NCBI RefSeq assembly: GCF_006345805.1 | Contig: NC_043021.1 | Location: 3,968,001-4,032,000 of the forward strand | Origin: Octopus sinensis | Taxonomy: Eukaryota | Direction of reading: 5' to 3' | Length of the DNA: 64,000 nucleotides | In this document: one piece after another, positions 50,501 through 62,772 of the stretch | Layout: every line of letters begins with the position of its first letter | Position numbering within the stretch: position 1 is the stretch's first letter | The notes under the pieces: generated by a model | Seen by the model: only the letters and a program-made list of their open reading frames with translations | Told to the model about the DNA's origin: nothing | Database searches by the model: none | Position numbers and translations under genes: made by a program

Positions 50501-51039
50501 TGTATAGTTGAAATTTATAGAGAAAACAAAAGACGAAGACAGGTGTATAAACAAGCAAGTGTTTTAGTTCGACGCATACATATATATACATATATACACA
50601 CATATATACATACACATTCAGATAGACACTTATGTATATACACGTACGTGCGCGTGCACACGCAACAACGACTCTGTCGCATAGAAATACATACACACGT
50701 ATACACAAAAGCAAAGTCGTACACACACACACACACATGTGCAAACCAGATGTGCATTCGCATGCAAACACTTAATGGCAGGTGCACATCTATCCGCTAT
50801 GCATTCCGACATAAGTGTATGATGGGTGCATGTGAAATAAATGGAGACATGCTGCACAATTACAAATAGCTGCATATGGTTTATTATACGAATTAAAATA
50901 CACCAGCACACATACATACATAAATGCACACACACACACACTCATATTTAATAGCGTGTGTATGCATCGCATGAATAATTATTGTATATACCCACATATC
51001 CAAATAATAATAATAATAATAATATAATAATAATAATAA

Positions 51040-51250
51040 GCTTTTCTACTATAGGCAGAAGGTCTGAAATTGGGGGAGGGTGGATAGTCGATTACATCGA
51101 CCCCAGTACTCAGTTGGTACTTATTTCATCGACCCCGAAAGGATGAAAGGCAAAGTCGACCTCGGCGGAATTTGAACTCAGAACGTAAAGACAGACGAAA
51201 TACCGCTAAACATTTCGCCCGGCTATCGGTAACAATTCTGCCAGCTCGCC
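51040..51250 (-). mobile_element. SINE-A (tail 2) between (AAT)n tracts
   Basis: cttttctactataggcagaaggtctgaaatt...ctgccagctcgcc. Confidence 0.88.
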
Positions 51251-51289
<39 letters not shown>

Positions 51290-51300
51290 TGATAATAATA

Positions 51301-53775
51301 AATTCCTTTTATTGGCCACAAGGGCTTACATGAAAATAACATAAGACATAACAGGACGATACAGCGGGTTTTAAAAACGTGTAAACAAAAATAAAATTAA
51401 ATAAAACTCCCAATAGGGGCAGGCGCTTTAAGGCTACTCGTTGAAAAACCCCCACAAAAGTCTAGGTGCCTAACCAACGGGACAAGAGCCCTTCTTTTAT
51501 ATTTTATAGGCACATGCTCAAAATAGGTCCTTTCACACTGGCCATTTTCCCGACATTCACCCACCTTTCAGCAAATCACCCTCACTTTCCTTTTCAAGTG
51601 AAACTTGAAAAGTTGATGAGGGCTTGACCAAAGAGGAAAGTGTCTGTCTTTAGCCCTTTCAAACGTATCCACCACACTACCTCTTTCGCTACAGCCACCA
51701 GACAAATAAAAATTGCCAGTCCCACCCGGTCAAAGGAGGGCTGCGAGACAATTTTCACTATGGATTCAGCTGATAGCCGGATCCGTCCTACATGCAACAG
51801 GGGGTGTTCGACATAAACCCACAGGTCAGCAATGCTCGGGTACTGGACGAGTGCGTGCAGAAAGGTCTCGTCGCTCTGCGCGCATCTTCGACAGGATCGG
51901 CTGACGACACTTCCATGCCTGTAGAGTTTATACCGAACGGGCAGCGCCCCACCCCCACCGGTAGTACTGCCAAGTGAGGGATTTCTGGAAGTTATCCATA
52001 GACCCGTCCCCACCCCGAAAGTTCTCCGGAACAGATCGGTGAGTTGATCCTCATCGACACCCCGAGTTTCTCCGAGAACGTCGTCACACCTTTCTTCCAC
52101 TAACCCTCTATAGAACACTAGAGTGGAACTACCACCGACCGCATTGCCCGCCTGGTGGAGGACTGTGTGCGCTGACGGTACTCGAGGTGCCAAGCGCCTC
52201 TCCTCGGTCTACGCCTAATCTAAGATTGCAGGTCAGTCAAAGAGAAGAGCTGTGGGAGAGCGAGTCTAACAAACGGCGACCTCACCTGTTCACCGTGAAA
52301 GAAACGCTAGAGATGTCGCAGCCTGAGCGCATCTGTTGACAGCAGATGGAGCACCTTACCAGCGGGACGCAACCCCTCCACAGAAAGCGGAAGAGTATGC
52401 AGACCAGCTTGTTCAGCCAACATAAGGAGCAAGGGATGACGGTCAAGTGGTAATAGATGATAGATGTGATGTACGCATTCGCCACCTCGGCTCGACCTTT
52501 CAGAGACAGCTTCCTCTCGGCCCATTTCTGAGTGAGATTGGCCACCCTGTTCGTCACCAGTTTTTCTCCACCTGGAGGTCTGGACCGAATCAGACTCCGA
52601 GCAATTTAACCGGATCGCCTGTTCAGCGCCCCATGACGCTGTTTGACGGCATGGACTTGCTCTTCCAGGTGCCGAGTTGCAAGCTCACTGATTTTTCCGC
52701 GTTAATTTTAGCTCCTGTCACCGCCTCATAGTCTTTTAGTGTGTCGTTAATCAGGTTAATGTGTCTGTGGCTCGACACTATGACGGTGACATCATCGGCA
52801 TAAGCAGACACGCTTCTCCCACGTCCTACATCACGCGGGATGCCCCTCAATGCCTCCATCTTCCGGGACAACAGTGGATCAAGAGTCAGTACGTACAGAA
52901 GGGAAGAGAGAGGGTACTCTTGACGGACCGAGCGCAAGATGCTGAATGGTTCTGACAGGTGACTACTCACCCGAAGTACCGGGCTGATCCAACTACAAAG
53001 CAACGATCCAACGGCGGAAAACTGGACCGAAACCGGTTGCCGCGAGAACAGCCGCCAAGTATTGGTAGGTGACCCTATCGAAGGCTTTAGATTGATCTAA
53101 ATTTATCAGAGCCCCACCCATGCCAGCTTCGTTACCTACCCCACTCTATGATGTAGTGCAAGAGGTGGAGGTTGTCGGGAATAGTCCTGGTTGGGGTGGC
53201 GCATATTTGTGCATTGCCAATCAGCTTATTCAAGACAAGCGCCAACCTTTTTGCTAACACCTTGGCCAAAATCGTCAGCTCTGCATTGAGCAGAGTGATT
53301 GGGCCTGAAATTCTCTATAACGTTCCCCTTGTTTGGGTCCTTTTCCAGCAGTGCCACCGCCCCTCGACAAGCAAAAGTTGGAATTCTCCCATTGTGTTGC
53401 CAGTTGCGGTAGACGTCTGCTAAGAGCCTCGCAAACAACCCTAGCATAGAAATATAAAGCTCGTAGGGCAGATCATCCAAACACGGCGATCTGCCTCTCG
53501 CGCAGCCCTTCATCGCCTCCTGTATTTCCGAGGCTGTTGTCGGCCTTTCGCAGCACTCCAGGTAGATACCAAAGTCTGCCCTGTTATCCGTCCCACCACT
53601 CGAACCGACCGATCGAGCAAATTGCTGCTGAAATGCCGCAAACATCTGCTTCGGTTCAAACATCTCGCACCCGTTCTGGTCCACCAAAGACCGAATGGTG
53701 GCTTTGTTGCCACATTTTTCCTTCGTCACTCGGGCCCATCGAGCGGCTTTCGTTCCCTCCTCGCTGAGTGAACGT
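51301..53775 (-). mobile_element. Tx1/L1-group LINE, 5'-truncated ORF2 (RT plus C-terminal zinc knuckle), frameshifted
   Basis: SPCLDDLPYELY, LINLDQSKAFDRV, AYADDVTVIV, LSLKGRAEVAN, CRRCAQSDETFLHAL; AATAAA and (TTA)n tail. Confidence 0.9.
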
Positions 53776-53789
53776 GCCTTAGCTCTATG

Positions 53790-53998
53790 TGCGTGTGTGT
53801 GTGTTTACCCCCCCCCCCAACTATCGCTTCACAACCGATGTTGGTGTTTACGACCCGTAACTTAGAGGTTCGGCAAAAGAAGCCGATAGAATAAGTACCA
53901 GGTTTACAAAGAATAAGTCCTCGGGTCGATATGTTCGACTAGAGATGGTGTTCCAGCATGGCCACACATTCAAATGACTGAAACAAGTAAAAGAATAT
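53790..53998 (+). mobile_element. SINE-B 3' half
   Basis: acaaccgatgttggtg...aaatgactgaaacaagtaaaagaa. Confidence 0.85.
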
Positions 53999-54125
53999 AT
54001 ATACATATACACACACACTAACACACATCCATGAATAATGTAAACACCTTTGTGCTTTTAAGTTCTATTTCTCCAGCTGTTTGGATAACCGAGTCTAACC
54101 TCACTCTCTCTCCAACACACAAACA

Positions 54126-54161
<36 letters not shown>

Positions 54162-54175
54162 AACATAAAGGCATG

Positions 54176-54208
<33 letters not shown>

Positions 54209-54597
54209 TACGAGCACAAATAACTAAACGTTTTTAACCCTTCAACACTTTCAAATCTTCATACATCTACACAACTACATGCAATAACGTATTTATTTAA
54301 TTATACATATACGAAGGTGTGTGTGTGTGTGTGAGAGAGAGAGGGGGGGGAGGCAGACATACAGAGAACATTCAAATACTCGTATACAAAAAAAAAAGAG
54401 ACCATATCTTGAAAAGAAGAAAAACAATAAACCTCAAAAGCTTATGTAGTGGTACTAGCAGCAGCAGCAGTAGTAATAGATTAATTAAAAAACAGTCAGA
54501 TATTTCCAATATTTCTAAATAATCGATTTTGCACCAGTAAAATTCTATCAAAAACCAGAAGTGATTATTAAAAATTAAAAAAAAAATTACATTAATA

Positions 54598-54600
54598 GAA

Positions 54601-54634
<34 letters not shown>

Positions 54635-54870
54635 TAATAATAATGATAATAATAATGATAATGATGATAATAATAATAATAATAATAATAACAATAATAA
54701 TAATAATGATAATGATAATAATAATAATGATGATGATAATGATAATAATAATGATAATGATGATGATAATAATAATAATAATAATAAATAATAATAATAA
54801 TATAATAATAATAATAATAATCATAATGATAATAATGATGATAATGATGATGATGATGATGATGATGATA
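54598..54870. repeat. (AAT/GAT)n triplet tract
   Basis: Direct reading; directly abuts tail 2 of a SINE-A. Confidence 0.95.
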
Positions 54871-54871
54871 A

Positions 54872-55046
54872 TCTTTGCTACTGGTGGCACAAGGCCTCAT
54901 ATTTGTGGGGGAGGGCGGACTAGTCGATGATATCGACCTCAGTGTTTCACTGGTACTGAATTTATCGACTCGAAAAAGATGAAAGGCTAAGTCGACCTCG
55001 GCGGAATTTGAACTCAGAGCGTAGCTACGGGCGAAATAGCACTAAG
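54872..55046 (-). mobile_element. SINE-A (tail 2)
   Basis: ggcacaaggcctcatattt...gtcgacctcggcggaatttgaactcag. Confidence 0.85.
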
Positions 55047-55067
55047 CATAGAGTTAATAAAGCAGAT

Positions 55068-55910
55068 GATATTGTTTACTGATTGACATGAGGACGTACC
55101 CTGTGACCATAATAATAATCTCGGCAAAAGAATTTGATAAGATCAGAAAATATAAAGATTTTGCTGATCGAAATCGATTGTTAGGCGCACGTGGAATGAT
55201 AAAAAAAAACGGAACTGAAAATTATTTAAGAATGAGTCCCTGGCTTACCATCCACGAAGGAAGTGCAAAAAGATTGTCTTAACTGGTACATCACAGGTAG
55301 GAGAAGAGCATAAGGGGACGAGCTGGCAGAATCGTCAGCAAGCCGGGCCGGTATTTCATCTGCCGCTACGTTCTGAGTTCAAATTCCGCCGAGGTCGACT
55401 TTGCCTTTCATCCTTTCGGGGTCGATTAAATAAGTACCAGTTACACACTGGGGTCGATATAATCGACTTAATCCGTTTGTCTGTCCTTGTTTGTCCTCTC
55501 TGTGTTTAGCCCCTTGTGGGTAATAAAGAAATAGGTATTTCGTCTGCCGTTACGTTCTGAGTTCAAATTCCGCCGAGGTCGACTTTGCCTTTCATCCTTT
55601 CGGGGTCGATTAAATAAGTACCAGTTACGCACTGGGGATCGATATAATCGACTAAATCCGTTTGTCCTCTCTGTGTTTAGCCCCTTGTGGGTAGTAAATA
55701 AATAGGTATTTCGTCTGCCGTTACGTTCTGAGTTCAAATTCCGTCGAGGTCGACTTTGCCTTTCATCCTTTCGGGGGTCGATTAAATAAGTACCAGTTAC
55801 GCACTGGGGTCGATATAATCGACTTAATCCCTTTGTCTGTCCTTGTTTGTCCTCTCTGTGTTTAGCCCCTTGTGGGTAGTAAAGAAATAGGTATGAGAAG
55901 AGCATTGTCG
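55068..55910 (+). mobile_element. R4/Dong-like restriction-like-endonuclease LINE 3' ORF relic, interrupted by a SINE-A trimer
   Basis: CLLIDM..PCDHN..AKEFDKIRKYKDF; LGA.GMIKK; EVQKIVLTGT..RRALS continues past the SINE. Confidence 0.7.
55312..55888 (+). mobile_element. SINE-A trimer with one outer TSD
   Basis: Units restart at 55535 and 55706; aggta(g/t)gagaagagcat at 55295 and 55889. Confidence 0.95.
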
Positions 55911-56717
55911 CTGGGAATTTTCTTCCCCCTTTTTGTTTTCCCCCTTATTTTCTTTGTTTAGTTTTCTTTCAGTTTTTTCTCTTATCCTTTTTCTCTATCT
56001 TTCTTCCCCTTCTTCTCTATCACATGATTTTATAAACGAACAATGCGGTGTCTTTATTTCAATGGCCTATCAATGTATAACAGAGTTTCTCTGCCCCAGG
56101 TGTCACGAAGACACTCGGCAAGAAATAGAAACAATTGAAAAAAAGATGATTTTTTTTTTTTTTTTATTATTTATTTTTTATTCTATCTAGTTTCAGCTCA
56201 CGAGCTGTGGCCATGCTGGGGCACCGCCATGATAATGATAAAAATAACAACAACAAAATAAATAAATAAAACAAAAACAAATTCTAACTGCAATATTGAG
56301 TTCTGCATGCTGTTTGGTTTGTTGCTAACAATATTATTTGTTGCTTAAATAGACAGGCGTAGGATCAAATGCTTTCTATCCGTGACCACTACGCCTCTTT
56401 CAAATATAGATCATATCTAAAATTACAATATTCAGTATTTTTCTTTCCTCTTTCTCCATATATACACACATACATAAATTCATGTTGTTTTTTTGGAACG
56501 GTGAAAACTCGAAGTAGATAAAGCTATAAATAATAGCGTGTAAATATTGCGTTAAGAAAAAACCCTTTGAATTAGAAAAAAGGCGAAGGCAACACATACA
56601 TAAATAACTCGGTGCCCCAGCATGGCCACAGCTCAAGAGCTGAAACTGGAAAACAAAACAAACACTGATCTAAATATAATAAATATGTGTGGTTGTGTAT
56701 GTGTATGTTTGTATGTG

Positions 56718-56792
<75 letters not shown>

Positions 56793-56983
56793 TGGATTAG
56801 GTGCTATTTCTAGCATGTGGAGCAACCACGTAAATGCTCCCTTCGTCTAGGTAGTTGTTGATCCGATTGGTTATTTAGCGCGATGACCAAGGGTGTTATG
56901 GTTCAGGGTCTAACCACCCGATGATCGTTGGATACCGTCTGATGACATCAAATCCTCCAAATATGAGTATATGTATTTTTTTA

Positions 56984-57071
56984 TTAATATTCAGCAGAAG
57001 TGACCGAGTGACTCGAGATCCGAGAGTTTCGTGCGTTGACGGGTCATTCAGTTACTTCTGCTAAATATTAA
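56984..57071. repeat. 88-nt hairpin with 29-nt arms (25/29 match), TTAA at both ends
   Basis: Manual alignment of 56984-57012 with 57043-57071. Confidence 0.85.
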
Positions 57072-57104
57072 GTATTTATTATATATAAGCGCTATTATAT
57101 ATAT

Positions 57105-57273
57105 AGGCGCAGGAGTAGCTGTGTGGTAAGTAGCTTGCTAACCAACCACATGGTTCCCGGTTCAGTGTCTTCTGCTATAGCCCCGGGCCGACCAATGCCT
57201 TGTGAGTGGATTTGGTAGACGGAAACTGAAAGAAGCCTGTCGTATATATGTATACATATATGTATGTATGTGT

Positions 57274-57307
<34 letters not shown>

Positions 57308-57458
57308 TTACGTCCCCGTAACTTAGCGGTTCGGCAAAAAGAGACCGATACTGGGCTTACAAAAGAATAAGTCCCGGGGTCGATTTGCTCGACTAAAGGC
57401 GGTGCTCTAGCATGGCCGCAGTCAAATGACTGAAACAAGTAAAAGAGTAAAAGAGTAA
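57105..57458 (+). mobile_element. SINE-B with small deletions
   Basis: aggcgcaggagtagctgtgtggtaag...aaacaagtaaaagagt. Confidence 0.92.
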
Positions 57459-58138
57459 GCAAAACCGTTGACGAAAATGATAATAAACGTATATTAAACT
57501 TACGTAAATATATCTTGTTTTTAAAAAGAGACGTTCTGACGTAGTGAAGTGGACATCGAAAAAGTTGATACAGGTAAGCTGTGAGTGTGTGCTTGTGTGT
57601 ATGGACACATAAACACGTGTGTGCGTGCGTGCGTGTTGGGTGTATGTGTGTGTGTATTCGTATACACGTGTGTGTATGTGTGTGGTGTTGTGTTGGAGGA
57701 AGAAGAGATTGCATAAGCATTCAGTGATGGGGAAACGCAAACTGCTAGCAACCAAAGCGATCTTTCTTTACGGAATAAAAAGCAACACGCGTCATTTATA
57801 TTCAACCAATTCGCCGATGTAAATCACACACGCACACACACACACACACACACGCGCGCGCGCACGCACACACACACGCACACACACACAGACACACTCA
57901 AACACACACAGAGTTGTTGAATATTCTGTTGTTACCTGTTGATAAACATTATATAGTACACACACACACACATACACACGTCTGTATGTGTCTGTGTCTG
58001 ACTATTCCGATAAACACACAGAGAAAGCGAGCGATGAAAGAGTGAGAGAGAGAGAGAGAGAAGCGGGGGGAACGTGGGAAGGCAAATATCTACAATCAAA
58101 ATGAAAGCGATGCAAATATATAGCGCGAGTGTATATAT

Positions 58139-58544
58139 ATTTCTTTACTACCCACAAGGGGCTAAACACAGAGGGGACAAACAAGGACAGACGAAGGGAT
58201 TGAGTCGATGATATCGCCCCCAGTGCGAAACTGGTACTTTATTTATCGACCCCGAAAGGATGAAAGGCAAAGTTGACCTCGGCGGAATTTGAACTCAACG
58301 TAACGACAGACGAAATACCTATTTCTTTACTGCCCACAAGGGGCTAAACACAGAGGGGACAAACAAGGACAGACATAGGTATTAAGTCGATTACATCGAC
58401 CCCAGTGTGTAACTGGTACTTAATTTATCGACTCCGAAAGGATGAAAGGCAAAGTCGACCTCGGCGGAATTTGAACTCACAACGTAACGACGGACGAAAT
58501 ACCGCTAAGCATTTCACCGGCGCGCTAACGTGTCTGCCAGCTCG
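58139..58544 (-). mobile_element. SINE-A dimer
   Basis: Junction gacgaaatacc|tatttctttac at 58319; flanks gtgtatata at 58129 and 58544. Confidence 0.93.
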
Positions 58545-58721
58545 TGTATATAAAGTATATACACACGCATACAACAGGCTTCATATCTGTAATGTAAAGA
58601 GTTGCAAAAATTCAGTTGAATGTGTTACCCATGCGATTATTAAACAAAAACTTCCTACAATGCGATTTCAATCTAAGTAAATAACAGGTGATAGACACAG
58701 ACGTGGATCTGTGGTGAAAAG

Positions 58722-59058
58722 TTAAATTTCCCAACTACATTGTTCCGGGTTCAGTCCCACTGCTTGGCACCTTGTGAGTAGATTTGGTAGACGGAAACTG
58801 GAAGAAGCCCGTTGTATGTGTGTGTGTGTAAGTGTGTGTATGTGTGTGTGTGAGAAGGATGTCCGCCACCAGCGCTTGACAGCCGGGCTTGCTGTGTTTA
58901 CGTCCCCGCAACCTAGTGGTGCGACAAAATATGTCCAATAGAATAAGGACAAGGGTTAAAAAATCAAGTACTGGCGTCGATTCATTCGACTAAAAATTCT
59001 TCAAGGCAGTGCCCCAGCATGGCTGCTATCAAATGACTGAAACAAGTAAAAGATAAAA
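58722..59058 (+). mobile_element. SINE-B, diverged
   Basis: ccgggttcagtcccactg...ccccagcatggctgctatcaaatgactgaaacaag. Confidence 0.85.
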
Positions 59059-59214
59059 AGATAGAGATAAGAGACAGAACTCTAATAGGACCGACCAATA
59101 GGAAGAGAATTTTATGTAGATAGTAGTGGTTATTGTTTTTAAAGCCAGGTACGGAAAACAATGGATACGTTTTGGTGTGATTCGCCCTCCTCAGTCACGA
59201 AACATATTCTACAA

Positions 59215-59652
59215 CATATAGCTTCTTTATATCTTTTCATTGTTGTTGGGGTCAATGGACTCCAGCCTAGTTGTGACACCAACTGGAAGGATTTCAGCCG
59301 AACCGAACGGATCGGCCCCAGTATTTATTACTGTTTTTATAAACCTGGTACTTATTCCATTAGTTTCTTTTTGCCGGACTGCTATTTTATGGAAACGTAA
59401 AAAAAAAAACAAAAAAAAAACAACAACAACAACACTGGTGGTTAAGTGATGGGGTGGGGACATACACAAACATTCGCTCACATACACATACGACGGGTTC
59501 CTTTCAGTTTCCATCAGCGAAATCCACTCGCATGGCTTTGGTCGGTCCGGGGCTAGAGTACAAGACGCTTGCCCAAGGTGTCACACAGTGGAACTGAACT
59601 TGGAAGCAAGTGGTTGGGAAGCGAATTCCCTACTACACAGCCATATCTGCGC
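59215..59652 (-). mobile_element. SINE-B-related copy, diverged
   Basis: acgacgggttcctttcagtttcc...ctactacacagccatatctgcgcc. Confidence 0.7.
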
Positions 59653-59689
59653 CCGTATATTCTACAAACTTTTGAAATTCCTTGATTCG

Positions 59690-60012
59690 AAGGAAGGGGC
59701 AACGGCAATAGCCTTCGCAGACCTCCCTAAGACCCGCAAGATAGATTGATGCTATCAATACTTCCTTTGAACCTTTGTACGTCGATACACGCAAGAAGGA
59801 CACGAGCAAGGAGGGAATTCTTAGGGGAATGGCAACGCTAAGAGAAGGAAGGAAGGAAGGAAGGACTTGGCATAGAGATCAGAGCAAGGTTAAGGAGTAT
59901 GGATACAAGGATGCGATATCATAAGCTCAGCCTGTTCTGAGGAGCGGAGATCTCTACCGTAGACAGTAAAGTTACGCCTATCAGCCGGGTGGCTATTTCC
60001 TCTGAATGTGCT
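59690..60012 (-). mobile_element. CR1-group (L2/Daphne-like) LINE 3' ORF relic
   Basis: Frameshifted EHIQR..TRLIG; SLYPY..CSDL; KNSLLARVL..DVQRFKGSIDSINL. Confidence 0.5.
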
Positions 60013-60443
60013 CAACTAAAGGCGATGCTCCAGCATGGCCACATTCAAATGACTGAAACAAGTAAAAGAATAATGATTCCAAATGTTTTGCTTGCTTGCT
60101 TGTGCCCCCCCCCCGTCGCACGCACACACACACACACACAAATAGACAGAGAGATAGCTAGAGAGATAAGTCAGATCAAGAGTTTCGTCTATAGCACTCA
60201 TCAAGTTGTCATGTGGCTGTTGAGTAACTGCTGTAGCTTTACTGCCGCAGGCACGGCTCTAGGTATAATATATATATACACGCACACGTTCTTATGCATT
60301 GAGTTTTATAATCTCATACCTATATCCATATAGGTATACAATCACACACAACACATAGACATATATATACAGGGGTGGGGTAAAATCCAAGCTGTGTCCA
60401 CTAGAAGCACGTCTGCTTATTTCAGTATTAGAATCTAGAAAAA

Positions 60444-60675
60444 GGCGGCGAGTTGGCAGAAACGTTAGCACGCCGGGCGAAATGCTTAGTAGTATTTCGT
60501 CTGCCGCTACGTTCTGAGTTCAAATTCCGCTGAGGTCGACTTTGCCTTTCATCCTTTCGGGGTCGATTAAATAAGTTCCAGTTACGCACTGGGGTCGATA
60601 TAATCGACTTAATCCGTTTGTCTGTCCTTGTTTTTCCCCTCTGTGTTTAGTCCCTTGTGGGTAGTAAAGAAATAG
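60444..60675 (+). mobile_element. SINE-A full length
   Basis: 15-bp TSD gtattagaatctaga at 60425 and 60676. Confidence 0.97.
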
Positions 60676-60691
60676 GTATTAGAATCTAGAC

Positions 60692-60910
60692 CAGTGCTTT
60701 TCAAACGTTTTGCTGGAGCGGAACCCCAAGGAAACATTCCACTGGCTCGAGGAACCCCTGTGCAATAATTTAATAGTCTTATGCACACATATCTGCACAG
60801 GAGAATTAAAAATTACTGCCGATTTTAGCAGTTTTGTAACTTCTTGCGGAACCCCTAGACTGTACTGGCGGAACCCTAAGGTTCCGCGAAACCCTGGTTG
60901 AAAACCACTG
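60692..60910. mobile_element. hAT (Charlie-like) MITE
   Basis: TIR cagtg(c/g)ttttcaa; repeated ggaaccc subterminal motifs; flanks atctagac and atgtagta. Confidence 0.8.
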
Positions 60911-60976
60911 ATGTAGTACGTAGTACTTGTAGCTGTTGTATATGTATGTATACACATACAATCACGTGTGTGTGTA

Positions 60977-61197
60977 CGAGGGAGTGCTGAAAAGTTCCTG
61001 GTTCTAAGGGTATCGCGAAAGGTCTGATTGGACGCCCAACCTTCCCAATTCTTTTACAGGGCTAAGAAAAATCGAAGGACTGCTGCAAAAATAAGTGTGT
61101 GAATCTGAGAGGGGAATATGTTGGATAAAATCATAATTCTGATTCTCCTGTAATTTTTTCTTTTGCTCAAAGCCAGGAACTTTCTAGTATCTCCTCG
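60977..61197 (+). mobile_element. Mariner-derived MITE
   Basis: TA|cgaggg..aaagttcctgg TIR and its inverted copy; internal KCVNLRGEYVG* resembles a mariner transposase C-terminus. Confidence 0.8.
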
Positions 61198-61816
61198 TGT
61201 ATGTGTGAGTAGACAGATAGATAAATAGAGAGAGAGTAGGAGGGAGAGAGAGAGATATGCAGAGACACACCCATAGTGAAAGGACACTCTTATATGTCGA
61301 TTGCAAAAAGAAAAGAGATAAAAAAAAAAACAGGAAAGGAAAACAGAAAACGGTTGTTGATGGGGGTTGGCTAAATGAACGATGATGACGCTGACGACGC
61401 CGACGACGACGCCGGCCTGGCCCTGAAAAATAATAACTGGAATTACGGTTTATCTTCAACGGATGTTCCAGTTGACTGAACAAACCATAAATGATTCTTC
61501 CATCTTTTCTAAATTATATATTTCCTCACTTTGCCACCAAATAACCTAGCGAAGACTTTACGATTAATATCCATCCTCCTACCCCCCCCCCACACACACT
61601 CTGTCTCTGGCTATCTCTCTCTCCCCAATTCTTCCTTTCTGAAAGGAGAAAATTAGTTAAAACAAATGTAAACAAAAACATACAACAAAAATTAACGGAA
61701 ATGTATTGAAAAATCAAAGATGAGTGCACGCACACATAAACACACACATATATACATACACTCATGCACACACACACACACAGAATAAATAGGGATAATA
61801 GATCCAGACAAGTACC

Positions 61817-62046
61817 TATTTCTTTACTACCCACAAGGGGTTAAACATAGAGGGGACAAATAAGGACAGGCAAACGGATTAAGTCGAGTATATCGACCCC
61901 AGTGCGTAACTGGTACTTATTTAATCGACCCCGAAAAGATGAAAGGTAAAGTCGACCTCGGCGGAATTTGAACTCAGAACGTAACGGCAGACGAAATACC
62001 GCTAAGCATTTCGCCCGTCGTGCTAACGATTCTGCCAGCTCGCCGC
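61817..62046 (-). mobile_element. SINE-A full length
   Basis: Complete; both flanks contain ggtac (degenerate TSD). Confidence 0.93.
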
Positions 62047-62077
62047 TGGCAGGTACCGTTCAAGCACTAATATAATC

Positions 62078-62382
62078 CAAGGCTCAGTGGTTGGAGAGTC
62101 GGGCTCACAACCATGAGGTAGTAAGTTCGATTCCAGGATGGAGCTGTATGTCGTGTTCTTGAGCAAGACACTGTAGAAATGAGTTGTGATGTCATTGGTG
62201 CCAAGCTGTATTGGCCTTTGCCTTTCCCTTGGATAACATCGGTGGTATGGAGAGGGGGAGGCTGGTATGTATGGATGACTGATGGTCTTCCATAAACAAC
62301 CTTGCCTGGACTTGTGCCTTGAAGGGTAACTTTCTAGGTACAATCCCATGGTCATTCATAACCGAATGGGGTCTTTACCTTA
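62078..62382 (+). mobile_element. SINE-C
   Basis: Same family as 3950-4286. Confidence 0.85.
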
Positions 62383-62394
62383 TAGATAACCTAT

Positions 62395-62772
62395 GGCACT
62401 CCGTCGGTTATTTTGACGAGGGTTCCAGTTGATCCATTCGACGGAACAGCCTGCTCGTGAAATTAACGTGCAAGTGACTGAGCACTCCACAGACACGTGT
62501 ACCATTAACGTAGTTCTCGGGGAGATTCAGCGTGACACAGAGTGTGACAAGGCTGGCTCCTTTGAAATACAGGTACAACAGAGAAAGAAGAAAGAAGAGT
62601 GAGAGAAAGTTGTGGTGAAAGAGTACAGCAGGGTTCATCACCACCCACTGCCGGAGCCTCGTGAAACCTTAGGTGCTTTCGCTCAATAAACACTCAGAAC
62701 GCCCGGTCTGGGAATCGAAACCGAGATCCTACGACCGCGAGTCCGCTGCCCTAACCACTGGGCCATTGTGTC
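62395..62772 (-). mobile_element. SINE-D1
   Basis: Reverse complement of the 9034 family. Confidence 0.9.

Noticed and set aside
61375-61479. Short acidic ORF MNDDDADDADDDAGLALK...
   Set aside because: Begins in a (GAC)n-like simple repeat; 34 codons, no support.
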